Assembly (NCBI GenBank): GCA_903933015.1
Contig: CAIZIQ010000282.1
Coordinates: forward strand, 1 to 55,112
Origin: an uncultured Spartobacteria bacterium
GTDB taxonomy: Bacteria; Verrucomicrobiota; Verrucomicrobiia; Chthoniobacterales; UBA6821
Reading direction: 5' to 3'
DNA: 55,112 nucleotides
Below the pieces are notes generated by a model. The model searched no databases. It worked only from the letters and a program-made list of their open reading frames with translations, and had not been told where the DNA came from. Position numbers and translations under genes: made by a program. Below, piece after piece: positions 1 through 10,259 of this stretch (its first letter is position 1; every line of letters begins with the position of its first letter).

Positions 1-67
1 CGCATCGTCGGCTGCCAATTCTGCCAGGAACTGAGATCACAGGAATCCACAGAGAGGAAATTAATCT

Positions 68-87
68 GGAACTCAGGAACTCAGGAA
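68..87 (-). promoter_or_regulatory. TTCCTGAG octamer x2.5 (read on the minus strand) followed by AGATTAATTTCC; promoter-proximal motif facing a gene that begins at or beyond the left window edge
   Basis: The plus strand reads GGAACTCAGGAACTCAGGAA. Its reverse complement, TTCCTGAGTTCCTGAGTTCC-AGATTAATTTCC, matches the motifs at 23844 and 25367. A CAT (minus-strand ATG) at 3..5 lies about 63 nt downstream in that orientation. Confidence 0.45.
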
Positions 88-191
88 GGATCGAAAATCT
101 GTGATTATTGTATCCGAGAATTTGAGTCCGACTGGTAAGCGCAATCAGACCGTTTAAGAACGAAGTCTGCTTGTCATCCATCTGCTTTCTT

Positions 192-230
192 TTCCTGAGT
201 TCCTGAGTTCCTGAGTTCCTGAGTTCCTGA
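192..230 (+). repeat. Tandem octamer array (TTCCTGAG) x4.9 upstream of ppk
   Basis: TTCCTGAG runs head-to-tail at 192, 200, 208 and 216, with TTCCTGA at 224-230, then TTCAATCTCA. The array lies 47 nt (TTG 277) or 83 nt (ATG 313) upstream of the ppk start candidates. Confidence 0.9.
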
Positions 231-312
231 TTCAATCTCACCCCCCTTCGGTTGCGGGTTTGTCACACTTCTCCCCTTGACCGCCGCGCCAGACATCGCA
301 CGATGGAGGTTT

Positions 313-2385
<2,073 letters not shown>

Positions 2386-2429
2386 GGATCCCTGGAGTGT
2401 AGCGGTTAGCCAAAAAATAGAGAAATCCG

Positions 2430-3446
2430 GTGGCGGGCTTTCCAAAACGGCTCCTAAGGATTGCGTGCGCCCTGCTTCTCGGGGTGGTGATCTTGGGTTG
2501 GGGGGCGTGGTCCTTCGGAGCCCTCTGGTTTGACTGCCCCGTTGCATCCTCAAGCCATGCTGTTGCCTTCACGTATCTGGGGTTGTTTTTTGTCCTGCTG
2601 TTCCTCGTGGCGAGGGGGCACTGGTGGGCCTCCCTTGGAGTGGTTATGCTGCCGGCACTGGTGACATTCTGGTGGTTGCTTTTAGAGCCGAACAATGACC
2701 GCGATTGGCAAACAGATGTCTCCCGGACGCCTTGGGCCGAAGTGAACGGAGATATCATCACCATCCATAATGTCCGCAACTTCGACTATCGTCCGGATGA
2801 CAAGTCCGGAGAGAAGAACCCGCGGTGGGAGACCCGGACTATCCGCCTCTCACATCTCACCGGTATCGATGCCTTTCTGAACTTCTGGGGTGTCTCCTGG
2901 ATGGCTCATCCCATTCTGAGTTTTCAGTTCGAGGGGGCACCGCCTCTTGCGATCTCGGTGGAGACACGCAAGGAAAGGGGGGAGTCGTATTCGGCGCTGG
3001 GAGGACTCTACCGTCAATTTGAGTTGATCTATATCGTCGCCGATGAACGCGATGTCATCCGGGTCCGTTCAAACTACCGCGATGGCGAGGATGTCTATCT
3101 CTACCGCATCTCGATGCCGCGGGCTGAAGTTAGGGAACGGTTTCTGGAATACATCCGCGCCATGAACGAGCTCAATGAGCATCCCCGCTGGTACAATGCC
3201 ATCACCGCAAACTGCACGACGGCCGTCCGCTCGCAGCGCTCGATTGCTGCACGAAACCCTTGGGATTTCCGGATTCTTCTGAACGGAAACATCGACGAGA
3301 TGTTCTACCAGCGGGGACTCCTCGTGACGGAGGGGCTTCCCTTCCCAGAGCTCCGACGCCGCGCACACATCAATGCTGCGGCAAAGGCGGCGGATCAGGA
3401 TCCAGAATTCTCGCAGCGTATCCGTTCCGGGATCCCGGGTTTCTGA
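2430..3446 (+). CDS. DUF4105-family membrane protein
   Basis: A 338-aa ORF with a GTG start. It has N-terminal hydrophobic segments and the motif run NVRNFDYR ... ILSFQF ... LYRQFELIYIVADERDVIRVR ... YNAITANCTT, characteristic of DUF4105 (Lnb N-terminal-like) proteins. Confidence 0.75.
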   Translation: MAGFPKRLLRIACALLLGVVILGWGAWSFGALWFDCPVASSSHAVAFTYLGLFFVLLFLVARGHWWASLGVVMLPALVTFWWLLLEPNNDRDWQTDVSRTPWAEVNGDIITIHNVRNFDYRPDDKSGEKNPRWETRTIRLSHLTGIDAFLNFWGVSWMAHPILSFQFEGAPPLAISVETRKERGESYSALGGLYRQFELIYIVADERDVIRVRSNYRDGEDVYLYRISMPRAEVRERFLEYIRAMNELNEHPRWYNAITANCTTAVRSQRSIAARNPWDFRILLNGNIDEMFYQRGLLVTEGLPFPELRRRAHINAAAKAADQDPEFSQRIRSGIPGF

Positions 3447-3556
3447 TCAGAAAATAAGACGTGATTCCCGCAGAGGCGCTGAGAACGCGAAGGGGTGGGA
3501 AAAAAGCATGACTGAAAAGATTCTCAGCCCTTTGATCCCCTTGATACCTGTACCTT

Positions 3557-5230
3557 TCAGTTTGTCTCCGCGTTGAGTTTCAGGATCCTGGCGACCTCAT
3601 CGAAGGCCCTCGGATTCTGATGCACGCTGTGATCGCTTGGAACGATGCACTCCGACTGAGCACCGTCCATGTGGGAGCTCCAGTAGGGAACGACTCCGTC
3701 GGAGGATTTGGGTGAGTCGCCGCGACCCCGGTCGCCCTGAATCGTGTGATAGGGAATCCCCGGGGCAATCGGTATCTTGTTGATGGACTGAACAAAACGA
3801 TTCTTGGGAGAGAGCGTGTCGATGCTGTTGGGGGCACGCTTCAGCTTCAATTCGCTGCCGTGAAAGGTGGCGATCTTAAACGTATCTCTTCCGGCGGCGA
3901 GCAGGGCATTGGGCGTCCTGATGAGCATGGACCCGATTCTTCCCAAGGAGATGGTGGCAATCTCGCTCCCCTTCAGCGGTGCCGCGATGAAGATCACCCG
4001 GCCGATCTCGGGGCGATGCTTGAAGATCAGGGACCCGGTGAGGAGCTTCTTGGAAGAAGCCGGGAGGGGGGTCTCGGCGGGCTTCTTCTTGAAGATCCGT
4101 GCCCAGAGATTGTCGCCCGTATCGGTGATCAGGAGACGGCTGATGCAGCCTCCCATGCTGTGACCGATAACGACCATCGGCCTGTGCATGGGATAGCGGC
4201 GTTCGACATCATCGAGTTTTTCCCTAAGGAGTGCTGCCGAGTAAGGATAGGGATAGCCGGAGGGATAGCTGTAGAACCAGAACTGGTAATTGCGACGGAT
4301 CTCGGGATCACTGCGCAGGTTGATGATCATCGGCGCCCAGGTGGAAGGTGAATCCATCAGCCCGTGAATGACGAGCACCACCGCCTTATTCGGGTTGTAA
4401 GGTTCCAGTCGGGCGAGATGCGCCGTCTCGGCATACTTCTCGGGGAAGAGCATGCGCTCGAGCTTCGGAACCTGGGGGCCGGCACTTGCCAGCATCACGG
4501 CCAGCGGTACGGTGAAGTCGGCGGCGAGATTCATGGTGTGGCCATCCACGGAGACGGTCTCCTTCTCCAGCGGATCCTCGAAGGAAAGAATGCAGCGGTT
4601 TCCCTGGAAGCGGACCACGGCGGTCACCCCGTAAAAGATCTTCTTAGTGAGGTAGTTGGTGCGCCACTCGGTGTTCAACTGCTTGCCCACCGCCACGACC
4701 GGCGCCCCGATTCCGGGGCGGATCACATGCTCCTTCACATAGGCACCCCCGATGGTGAACTCGTCGGCCGGCGTGAAATTGTAGAGTGCCGGATTCCACA
4801 TCGGGCGGGGATCGCGTTTGTTTGTCAGCAGGAGCGTTCCATTGCCGACAGGAACCTCGAGCGGCTTGGTCCAAGGGTCGAGTTTTCGGGCCTTGATGAT
4901 CCCCACCATGCGGGACACGGCAAAATTGTAATCGTGGAGGGCGACCGGATCGGCGGGGTTCGCCTTGAGTTGGGAGAGCGCCGTGCGGGCCGCCTCCATA
5001 TTTTCCCCAAGGGCAATCAACGAATTTTCATGAAGGTGCCCCAGCGCCTTTCGGATCATTTCTTCCGCCTTGGATGCAGGCGTGACGGGTGCAGGCGCGG
5101 AACTCGGAACCGAAACGAAGAGTGGTTTGAAAGAAGGGGTTCTTTCCTTAATCGTCGCGTCCGTGGTGCAACCCACCAATGGAAGGGTCAAGAGAGTTAC
5201 GAATACAAAACGGGAGGTATGGTTCATCAA
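3557..5230 (-). CDS. Lipoprotein with C-terminal alpha/beta-hydrolase (esterase/lipase-like) domain
   Basis: A 557-aa ORF with a signal peptide and lipobox (LTLPLVGC). It carries the nucleophile-elbow motif VVIGHSMGG and a conserved HGLMDSPSTW segment. The N-terminal half is unassigned. Confidence 0.75.
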   Translation of the reverse strand: MMNHTSRFVFVTLLTLPLVGCTTDATIKERTPSFKPLFVSVPSSAPAPVTPASKAEEMIRKALGHLHENSLIALGENMEAARTALSQLKANPADPVALHDYNFAVSRMVGIIKARKLDPWTKPLEVPVGNGTLLLTNKRDPRPMWNPALYNFTPADEFTIGGAYVKEHVIRPGIGAPVVAVGKQLNTEWRTNYLTKKIFYGVTAVVRFQGNRCILSFEDPLEKETVSVDGHTMNLAADFTVPLAVMLASAGPQVPKLERMLFPEKYAETAHLARLEPYNPNKAVVLVIHGLMDSPSTWAPMIINLRSDPEIRRNYQFWFYSYPSGYPYPYSAALLREKLDDVERRYPMHRPMVVIGHSMGGCISRLLITDTGDNLWARIFKKKPAETPLPASSKKLLTGSLIFKHRPEIGRVIFIAAPLKGSEIATISLGRIGSMLIRTPNALLAAGRDTFKIATFHGSELKLKRAPNSIDTLSPKNRFVQSINKIPIAPGIPYHTIQGDRGRGDSPKSSDGVVPYWSSHMDGAQSECIVPSDHSVHQNPRAFDEVARILKLNAETN

Positions 5231-5266
5231 GGAGAGTGATACTGGCGAGAGAGCCGCGACGGAGGA

Positions 5267-6028
5267 TTATTCTGCCCTTGAATCCTTCCGGACCACCTTC
5301 AGCGCTTCCTCAACGGTCGTCATGAACTGCGCGGGGAAGATGATGGTCGAGTTCTTCTCGGTCGAGATTTCCGCCATGGTCTGGAGGGTACGCAGCTGGA
5401 GGGCCACCGGGTGCTGTGAGATCACATCGGCCGCCTCACCCAGTTTGGTTGCGGCCTGCAGCTCCCCCTCGGCGGCGACGATCTTGGCTCTGCGTTCACG
5501 CTCGGCCTCGGCCTCCTTGGCCATCGCGCGCTGCATGTTATCCGGCAGGGTGATATCCTTGATCTCGACCGCGGTCACGGTGGTTCCCCACGGCTCGGTG
5601 TGCAGGTCGATCACCCCCTTGATCTGCTCATTGATGTCGGCGGTTTGGGCAAGGAGCTGGTCGAGCGAAAACCTGCCGACGACATTCCTCACCGTCGTCT
5701 GGCTGATCTGATTGATCGCGTTATAGACATTCTCGATCGCGATCACCGCCTTCTCGGCGTCGGAAATCTTGTAGTAGGCAACCGCGGCGATATCGATGGA
5801 GACATTGTCCTTGGTGATGATCTTCTGCGACGGGATCTGCATGGTCACGGTGCGCAGCGAGACCTTAGCCATCGACTGAAAGGGGGCGAAGACCATCGTG
5901 AAACCCGCCGGACGGACGCCAGAAAACTTGCCGAGCGTGAAGACGACACCCCTCTCATACTGCATCAGGATCCGGATGGAGAGCAGGAGGTAGATGACAA
6001 TGATCAGCGCGACGGGTAGGAGGGTCAT
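5267..6028 (-). CDS. SPFH/Band 7 (stomatin-like, slipin) family protein
   Basis: A 253-aa ORF with an N-terminal TM segment. The [29 protein letters not shown] and Ala/Glu-rich [22 protein letters not shown] coiled segments are typical of SPFH proteins. Confidence 0.88.
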   Translation of the reverse strand: MTLLPVALIIVIYLLLSIRILMQYERGVVFTLGKFSGVRPAGFTMVFAPFQSMAKVSLRTVTMQIPSQKIITKDNVSIDIAAVAYYKISDAEKAVIAIENVYNAINQISQTTVRNVVGRFSLDQLLAQTADINEQIKGVIDLHTEPWGTTVTAVEIKDITLPDNMQRAMAKEAEAERERRAKIVAAEGELQAATKLGEAADVISQHPVALQLRTLQTMAEISTEKNSTIIFPAQFMTTVEEALKVVRKDSRAE

Positions 6029-6108
6029 GGTCTCACTCTATAGCCCGGCGCCTTCTTGTGGCAAAGAAGGCTTTTGTCCTAAAGTTGCAAACGGCTTCTG
6101 CAACTCTC

Positions 6109-7047
6109 ATGGAACCTTTCAAAATCTTTCTGCTGATCTTCATCTGCTTCATCAGCGGCATCGTTCTCTGGACGATGGTCTCCTCCTTTCTACGAGTTCG
6201 GCAAAGCCTCTCCTCGTGGCTTCAAACCACCGGGCGGGTCACCTCCTTCGGCATCAATTACGGCACCCCCAGCATTTCCTATGATTACGACATTCAGGGA
6301 AAGACCTTTACCGGAACCAAATTCACCCCCGGTCCTATGGTGACTTATCCAAATGGCTCTGGGACTTCCTTTCCGAAATCATTTTATCTCCATGAGAGCG
6401 GACAGCTCCGCTTCCCTCCGGGTAGTTCGGTGGAGGTTTTCTACGATCCGGAAAATCCGGGCGATTCCGCCTTGGTTCGTCAGATGCCTTCCGGCAAGGG
6501 GTTGCTGATTGTGGTACCTGTCATCGCGTTTTTCGTCGCGCTGTATCTCTATTTGGGATGGTTCACGGCCCATCTGAAGGTGCTGATCCCCTCCGGAGCC
6601 GTAATCGCCGGCCTTGTGGCCTTCAATTACGGATTCACCTGGATGCGGCGACATTGGCAAACCCGGAGTTTTCCTTCGGTCAAGGGACGGCTGCTCCAAG
6701 CCGAAGTTGTTTATTCGGCAGGCGGGGGCGGCAGTTCGGGTAATAGTGGCGGATACACCGTTAGCGTGGAGTTCGAGTACGAGGTGAATGGCTGCCTCTA
6801 TCGATCCCAACAACTTCGTGACCTTCCTCTCACCATCCTGAAGTCGAGCAGACAGGTTGTGGAGCAACAGGTGGAGAAGCTCCGATCGGATCCCACCCCC
6901 GAGATTTTTTATGATCCCACGGCACCCTGGGATGGATTTCTCTTGAGAACCAACCTGCTTGGCTCTCTAACGCCGATACTGCTATCGATCCCCTTTCTCG
7001 GGTTGGGAGCCCTGTTCCTCATCCGAAATTTTTACGGATCGCACTAA
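6109..7047 (+). CDS. Membrane protein with two DUF3592-like modules
   Basis: The ORF spans 6058..7047, starting at GTG 6058 or ATG 6109. A TM helix followed by a beta-rich module (GRVTSF...YDYDIQGKTFTG...VFYDPENP) is repeated after two further TM helices (GRLLQAEV...FEYEVNG...IFYDPTAP). Confidence 0.7.
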   Translation: MEPFKIFLLIFICFISGIVLWTMVSSFLRVRQSLSSWLQTTGRVTSFGINYGTPSISYDYDIQGKTFTGTKFTPGPMVTYPNGSGTSFPKSFYLHESGQLRFPPGSSVEVFYDPENPGDSALVRQMPSGKGLLIVVPVIAFFVALYLYLGWFTAHLKVLIPSGAVIAGLVAFNYGFTWMRRHWQTRSFPSVKGRLLQAEVVYSAGGGGSSGNSGGYTVSVEFEYEVNGCLYRSQQLRDLPLTILKSSRQVVEQQVEKLRSDPTPEIFYDPTAPWDGFLLRTNLLGSLTPILLSIPFLGLGALFLIRNFYGSH

Positions 7048-7173
7048 AATTGGGGGGGATCAATGCCCCATCACTAGGGTCACATCGGAACATTTCAGAT
7101 GCGCGGCTAGGCGCGTGAGCGAAGCTGTATTGAGAATACAGCGAGCGAACAGCAACAACGCCGAGCGCTGAAA

Positions 7174-7247
7174 TGGAGCGGGTAGAGGGAATCGAACCCT
7201 CATGGCCTGCTTGGAAGGCAGGAACTTTACCACTAAGCTATACCCGC
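7174..7247 (-). tRNA. tRNA-Gly (anticodon UCC), CCA encoded
   Basis: The reverse complement GCGGGTATAGCTTAGTGGTAAAGTTCCTGCCTTCCAAGCAGGCCATGAGGGTTCGATTCCCTCTACCCGCTCCA folds as a cloverleaf. It has acceptor GCGGGTA/TACCCGC, anticodon stem CCTGC/GCAGG, loop CTTCCAA and T arm GAGGG-TTCGATT-CCCTC. Confidence 0.93.
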
Positions 7248-7299
7248 ATTAACTGAATGAATCTTTAGCACAGACCCCATGGCGGGTCAACCAGCGTTG

Positions 7300-7494
7300 T
7301 CAGCGGGAGGCGTCGGGCTGGGTATGAATCCCGGCTCGTTCGAGTGCTTCACCGAAATGCTGCGAGGCCTTGGCATTGCGCTTCTGGATCTGGACGGGGG
7401 AGGTCACCTGCCAATAGATCAGGATACCCAGCACGGTAAGCAGGAGGATACCCGCTGTGATCAGCACCCCGGGTCTAAGGAGTTGCTCTCTCAT
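7300..7494 (-). CDS. Hypothetical small single-pass membrane protein (64 aa)
   Basis: The ORF sits 35 nt downstream of gatB on the same strand and has one clear hydrophobic helix (GVLITAGILLLTVLGILIYW). There is no recognisable family and no obvious Shine-Dalgarno sequence. Confidence 0.3.
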   Translation of the reverse strand: MREQLLRPGVLITAGILLLTVLGILIYWQVTSPVQIQKRNAKASQHFGEALERAGIHTQPDASR

Positions 7495-7528
7495 CGAGCG
7501 AAAGGAGGCAGAGTCTTTGGGAATGCTT

Positions 7529-8986
7529 TTATGCCAGCTTCTTCGCGAGGATCTCGCCGGCGAGTGCGGGGTTGGCTTTCCCCTTGGAGAGCTTCATGAC
7601 CTGGCCCTTGAGGAAGTTAAGCGCGGCTTCCTTGCCCGACTTGTAGTCAGCGACCGAGGCGGGATTGGCAGCTATCACCTCGTCGCAGAAGGCCTCGATG
7701 GCCCCGGTATCACTGACCTGCTTGAGGCCCTTCTCCTCCACGATCACGGCGGGCTGCTTGCCGCTGACCATCATCTCGGCAAAGACCTCCTTACCCTGAC
7801 GACCACTGATGGTTCCTCCCTCGATGAGGGCCGTGAGTTCCCCGATGTAAGATGCCTGGATCGGGCAGGCCGAGAGATCGAGCGAGGCGGCGGAGAGGGC
7901 GCTGAGGAGATCGTTGATGATCCAGTTGGCGACGCGCTTCGGCTTTGGAGATCCCTTGGCTGCGACCTCGAAGTAATCGGCCAGCGCCGCATCATCGGCG
8001 AGCACCGAGGCGTCGTACTCGCTGATCTCAAAGTCGGCGACGAAGCGATCGCGCTTCGCCTGCGGGAGCTCGGGCATGCCTACCTTGGCCGACTCGACGA
8101 GCTTGGCCGTGCGGACAGGAAGGAGATCGGGATCGGGGAAGTAGCGGTAATCGTGAGCCGATTCCTTGATGCGCATGAGGGTGGTTTCGCCGCGGTCGTC
8201 ATCCCAGCGGCGGGTCTCCTGATCCAGCTTAACCCCCTTGCTCACCAGTTCGATCTGGCGCTGGATCTCAAAGGCAAGGGCGCGGCGTACGCCGCTGATG
8301 GTGTTGAGGTTCTTCAGCTCGATCTTGGTGCCGTATTCCTTCTGGCCCACGGGACGGACGGAGACGTTCACATCACAGCGCATCTGGCCCTTTTCCATAT
8401 CGGCGTCACTGATGTCGCCGTAGACCAGGATCTGACGCAGCGCCGTGAGGTAGGCGAAGGCCTCCTCTGGGGAGGCGATGTCAGCCTCGGAAACGATCTC
8501 CATAAGAGGCGTGCCGGCACGGTTGAAATCAATGCCACTGGCGCTTTCAAGATGGAAGCTCTTGGCGACATCCTCCTCGAGGTGAATGCGGGTGAGTCGG
8601 ATCGTCTTGCCCGGTGTCGCGATCGTCTTCTGCGCATCTTTCGGATAGGCCGTCTCATGCAGGGGGACGCCACCACCGAGGCAGAGGGGCTGGTCGTATT
8701 GCGAGATCTGATAGTTCTTCGGCATGTCCGGATAGTAGTAGTTCTTGCGGTCGAACTTGCAGACCTCGGGAATATTACAGCCAAGCATGAGTCCGGCACG
8801 GGCCGTGAGACGGAGGGCCTCACCGTTCATCACGGGGAGCGCTCCGGGAAGACCAAGACAGGTGGGACAGGTGTGGGTATTCGGCTCGGCGCCATACTCG
8901 ACCTTGCAGGAGCAGAACATCTTGCTCTTGGTTTTTAACTGGGCATGGACTTCGAGTCCGATCGTTACGCTGTATTCAGTGCTCAT
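7529..8986 (-). CDS. gatB: Asp-tRNA(Asn)/Glu-tRNA(Gln) amidotransferase subunit B
   Basis: A 485-aa ORF with hallmark GatB motifs: IGLEVHAQLKTKSKMFCSC, PGALPV, NRAGTPLMEIVSE and a C-terminal GatB/YqeY domain. Confidence 0.95.
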   Translation of the reverse strand: MSTEYSVTIGLEVHAQLKTKSKMFCSCKVEYGAEPNTHTCPTCLGLPGALPVMNGEALRLTARAGLMLGCNIPEVCKFDRKNYYYPDMPKNYQISQYDQPLCLGGGVPLHETAYPKDAQKTIATPGKTIRLTRIHLEEDVAKSFHLESASGIDFNRAGTPLMEIVSEADIASPEEAFAYLTALRQILVYGDISDADMEKGQMRCDVNVSVRPVGQKEYGTKIELKNLNTISGVRRALAFEIQRQIELVSKGVKLDQETRRWDDDRGETTLMRIKESAHDYRYFPDPDLLPVRTAKLVESAKVGMPELPQAKRDRFVADFEISEYDASVLADDAALADYFEVAAKGSPKPKRVANWIINDLLSALSAASLDLSACPIQASYIGELTALIEGGTISGRQGKEVFAEMMVSGKQPAVIVEEKGLKQVSDTGAIEAFCDEVIAANPASVADYKSGKEAALNFLKGQVMKLSKGKANPALAGEILAKKLA

Positions 8987-9000
8987 TGCTGGTTGCTTGG

Positions 9001-9957
9001 TCAGTTTGCGGTGCCGGGAGTCGTGGAGGATGGGGAGAACGTGTTTGTAGCGTGTGGTTTCGTGCGAGGCGAGTTCGGAGAAGCAGGACGACGGTGTTTC
9101 CCGGGTGGGATCACGGGCTCCGACTGGAGCGCATAGTCGAGTGCCCCGGTCAGGTTGAAAGCCTTCAGTTCAGCAAGCAGTTGCGGATCGTTGGCGGCCG
9201 CCAACACATGCCTGTTCTGAAGCAGGGGGAGGATGTTCCGACTCTCGGCAGCTTTCTCAAGGGCGGGATCCTGAATGATCGCGGCCACCTTGGGATTCGC
9301 CAGGATTTGGAGCGTCCCCGGATACTGGACAAAGCGTTCGATGGCCTGCTGATTTCCTGCGACCATGGAGATTTTCACAATGTCATCGTAGAAGGCCGTC
9401 GGCAGCGGGTCTGCACTCTTCAGGGATTTCCCCGTGACCCCGAGTTCCAAGGATTCCTTCAGCTTGATCAGAAAGAGGGCGCTTTTCTCCGAGGCGACGG
9501 GGCGCCCCTCGTTACGCGCCTGCACCACGCGCAGTTCCCCGAGGGCACCCATTCCGCGGATCAATGTGATTCCGGCCCAGAGAAAAAGCATTCCATAGAT
9601 GATTCCGCAGACAGCGCCGCCAAGCCCGAAGCCCAAACGGATGACTCCGGAATGATGTTCCGTCTTCTTGAACAGGAGACCCGAAAGAAACGAGATGCCG
9701 ACGTAGATGCCAATGCCGACGGTCAGTCCGGCCACCCCGGGGGCGATCAGTGGAGGCACCTTGGAGAAAAAGGCGACCACCGTTCCGGTGGCTCCGGCGG
9801 CAGCAGATCCTCCGATCCAGGCACAAAAGAGGGCGGCCAACCTCAGGAGACCCCTAACGGCCCCGAGACGCCATCCGCGCCAGACCTCCCAAAGCAGGAA
9901 CAGCCCGGCCGCGATAAAAATGTACTGCTGCCATTGGGCGGAACCTTCGACGATCAT
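9001..9957 (-). CDS. CvpA-family membrane protein with extended C-terminal domain
   Basis: A 318-aa ORF. The N-terminal four-TM region with WRGWRLGAVRGLLRL is typical of the colicin V production protein family. The C-terminal soluble extension is unassigned. Confidence 0.7.
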   Translation of the reverse strand: MIVEGSAQWQQYIFIAAGLFLLWEVWRGWRLGAVRGLLRLAALFCAWIGGSAAAGATGTVVAFFSKVPPLIAPGVAGLTVGIGIYVGISFLSGLLFKKTEHHSGVIRLGFGLGGAVCGIIYGMLFLWAGITLIRGMGALGELRVVQARNEGRPVASEKSALFLIKLKESLELGVTGKSLKSADPLPTAFYDDIVKISMVAGNQQAIERFVQYPGTLQILANPKVAAIIQDPALEKAAESRNILPLLQNRHVLAAANDPQLLAELKAFNLTGALDYALQSEPVIPPGKHRRPASPNSPRTKPHATNTFSPSSTTPGTAN

Positions 9958-10259
9958 GCTTCTAGGGATTTAGACGGAAGGCTGCAGGCTGTCAGCCACG
10001 GAAACAGCTGAGAACGCCGTCGATGTTGTGAAGAGGCGGCGCAGGAAATCAATCCTGCGCCGCTTCCTCGGGGTGGGGGGAAAGGGCGCCCGGGAAGGCG
10101 GCTTTGCTTGCCTCTCCTTCGGCGATGTCATGCGAGCCTTCAGGCGAGGAGTCCGAGCCGTAAGGGATGCGAAACAACGGCCGGGCAAGCCATCATCGAT
10201 CCGAGGATTCCCGATCTGGGGAGATCGGCAGGCAAAAGTTTAGGGTGATGTATCTTGGT

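Noticed and set aside
192-230. Possible CRISPR array or minisatellite-encoded peptide from the TTCCTGAG repeats
   Set aside because: The repeat unit is only 8 nt, with no spacers and no cas genes, so it is not CRISPR. The overlapping ORF 174..563 on the minus strand is a low-complexity artefact.
7124-7142. Hairpin GCTGTATT-GAG-AATACAGC between the DUF3592 gene and tRNA-Gly as a bidirectional terminator
   Set aside because: The 8-bp stem is perfect but has a 3-nt loop and no U-tract on either strand. That is too weak to annotate as a terminator.
7457-8938. A 493-aa plus-strand ORF opposite gatB, and similar antisense ORFs opposite ppk (565..1692), lpdA (37847..38923), cvpA (8986..10011) and TamB
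   Set aside because: The opposite frames carry unambiguous family motifs. These ORFs are stop-poor because of high GC and show no recognisable domains.
9958-10259. SRP RNA, RNase P RNA or 6S RNA in the smc-cvpA spacer
   Set aside because: GGGGAAAGGGCGCCCGGG and GCCGAAGGAGAGGCAAGCA superficially recall the RNase P P4 and SRP helix-8 motifs. They do not match the conserved cores (GAGGAAAGUCC; GGAAGCAGCC), and the spacer is too short for RNase P.
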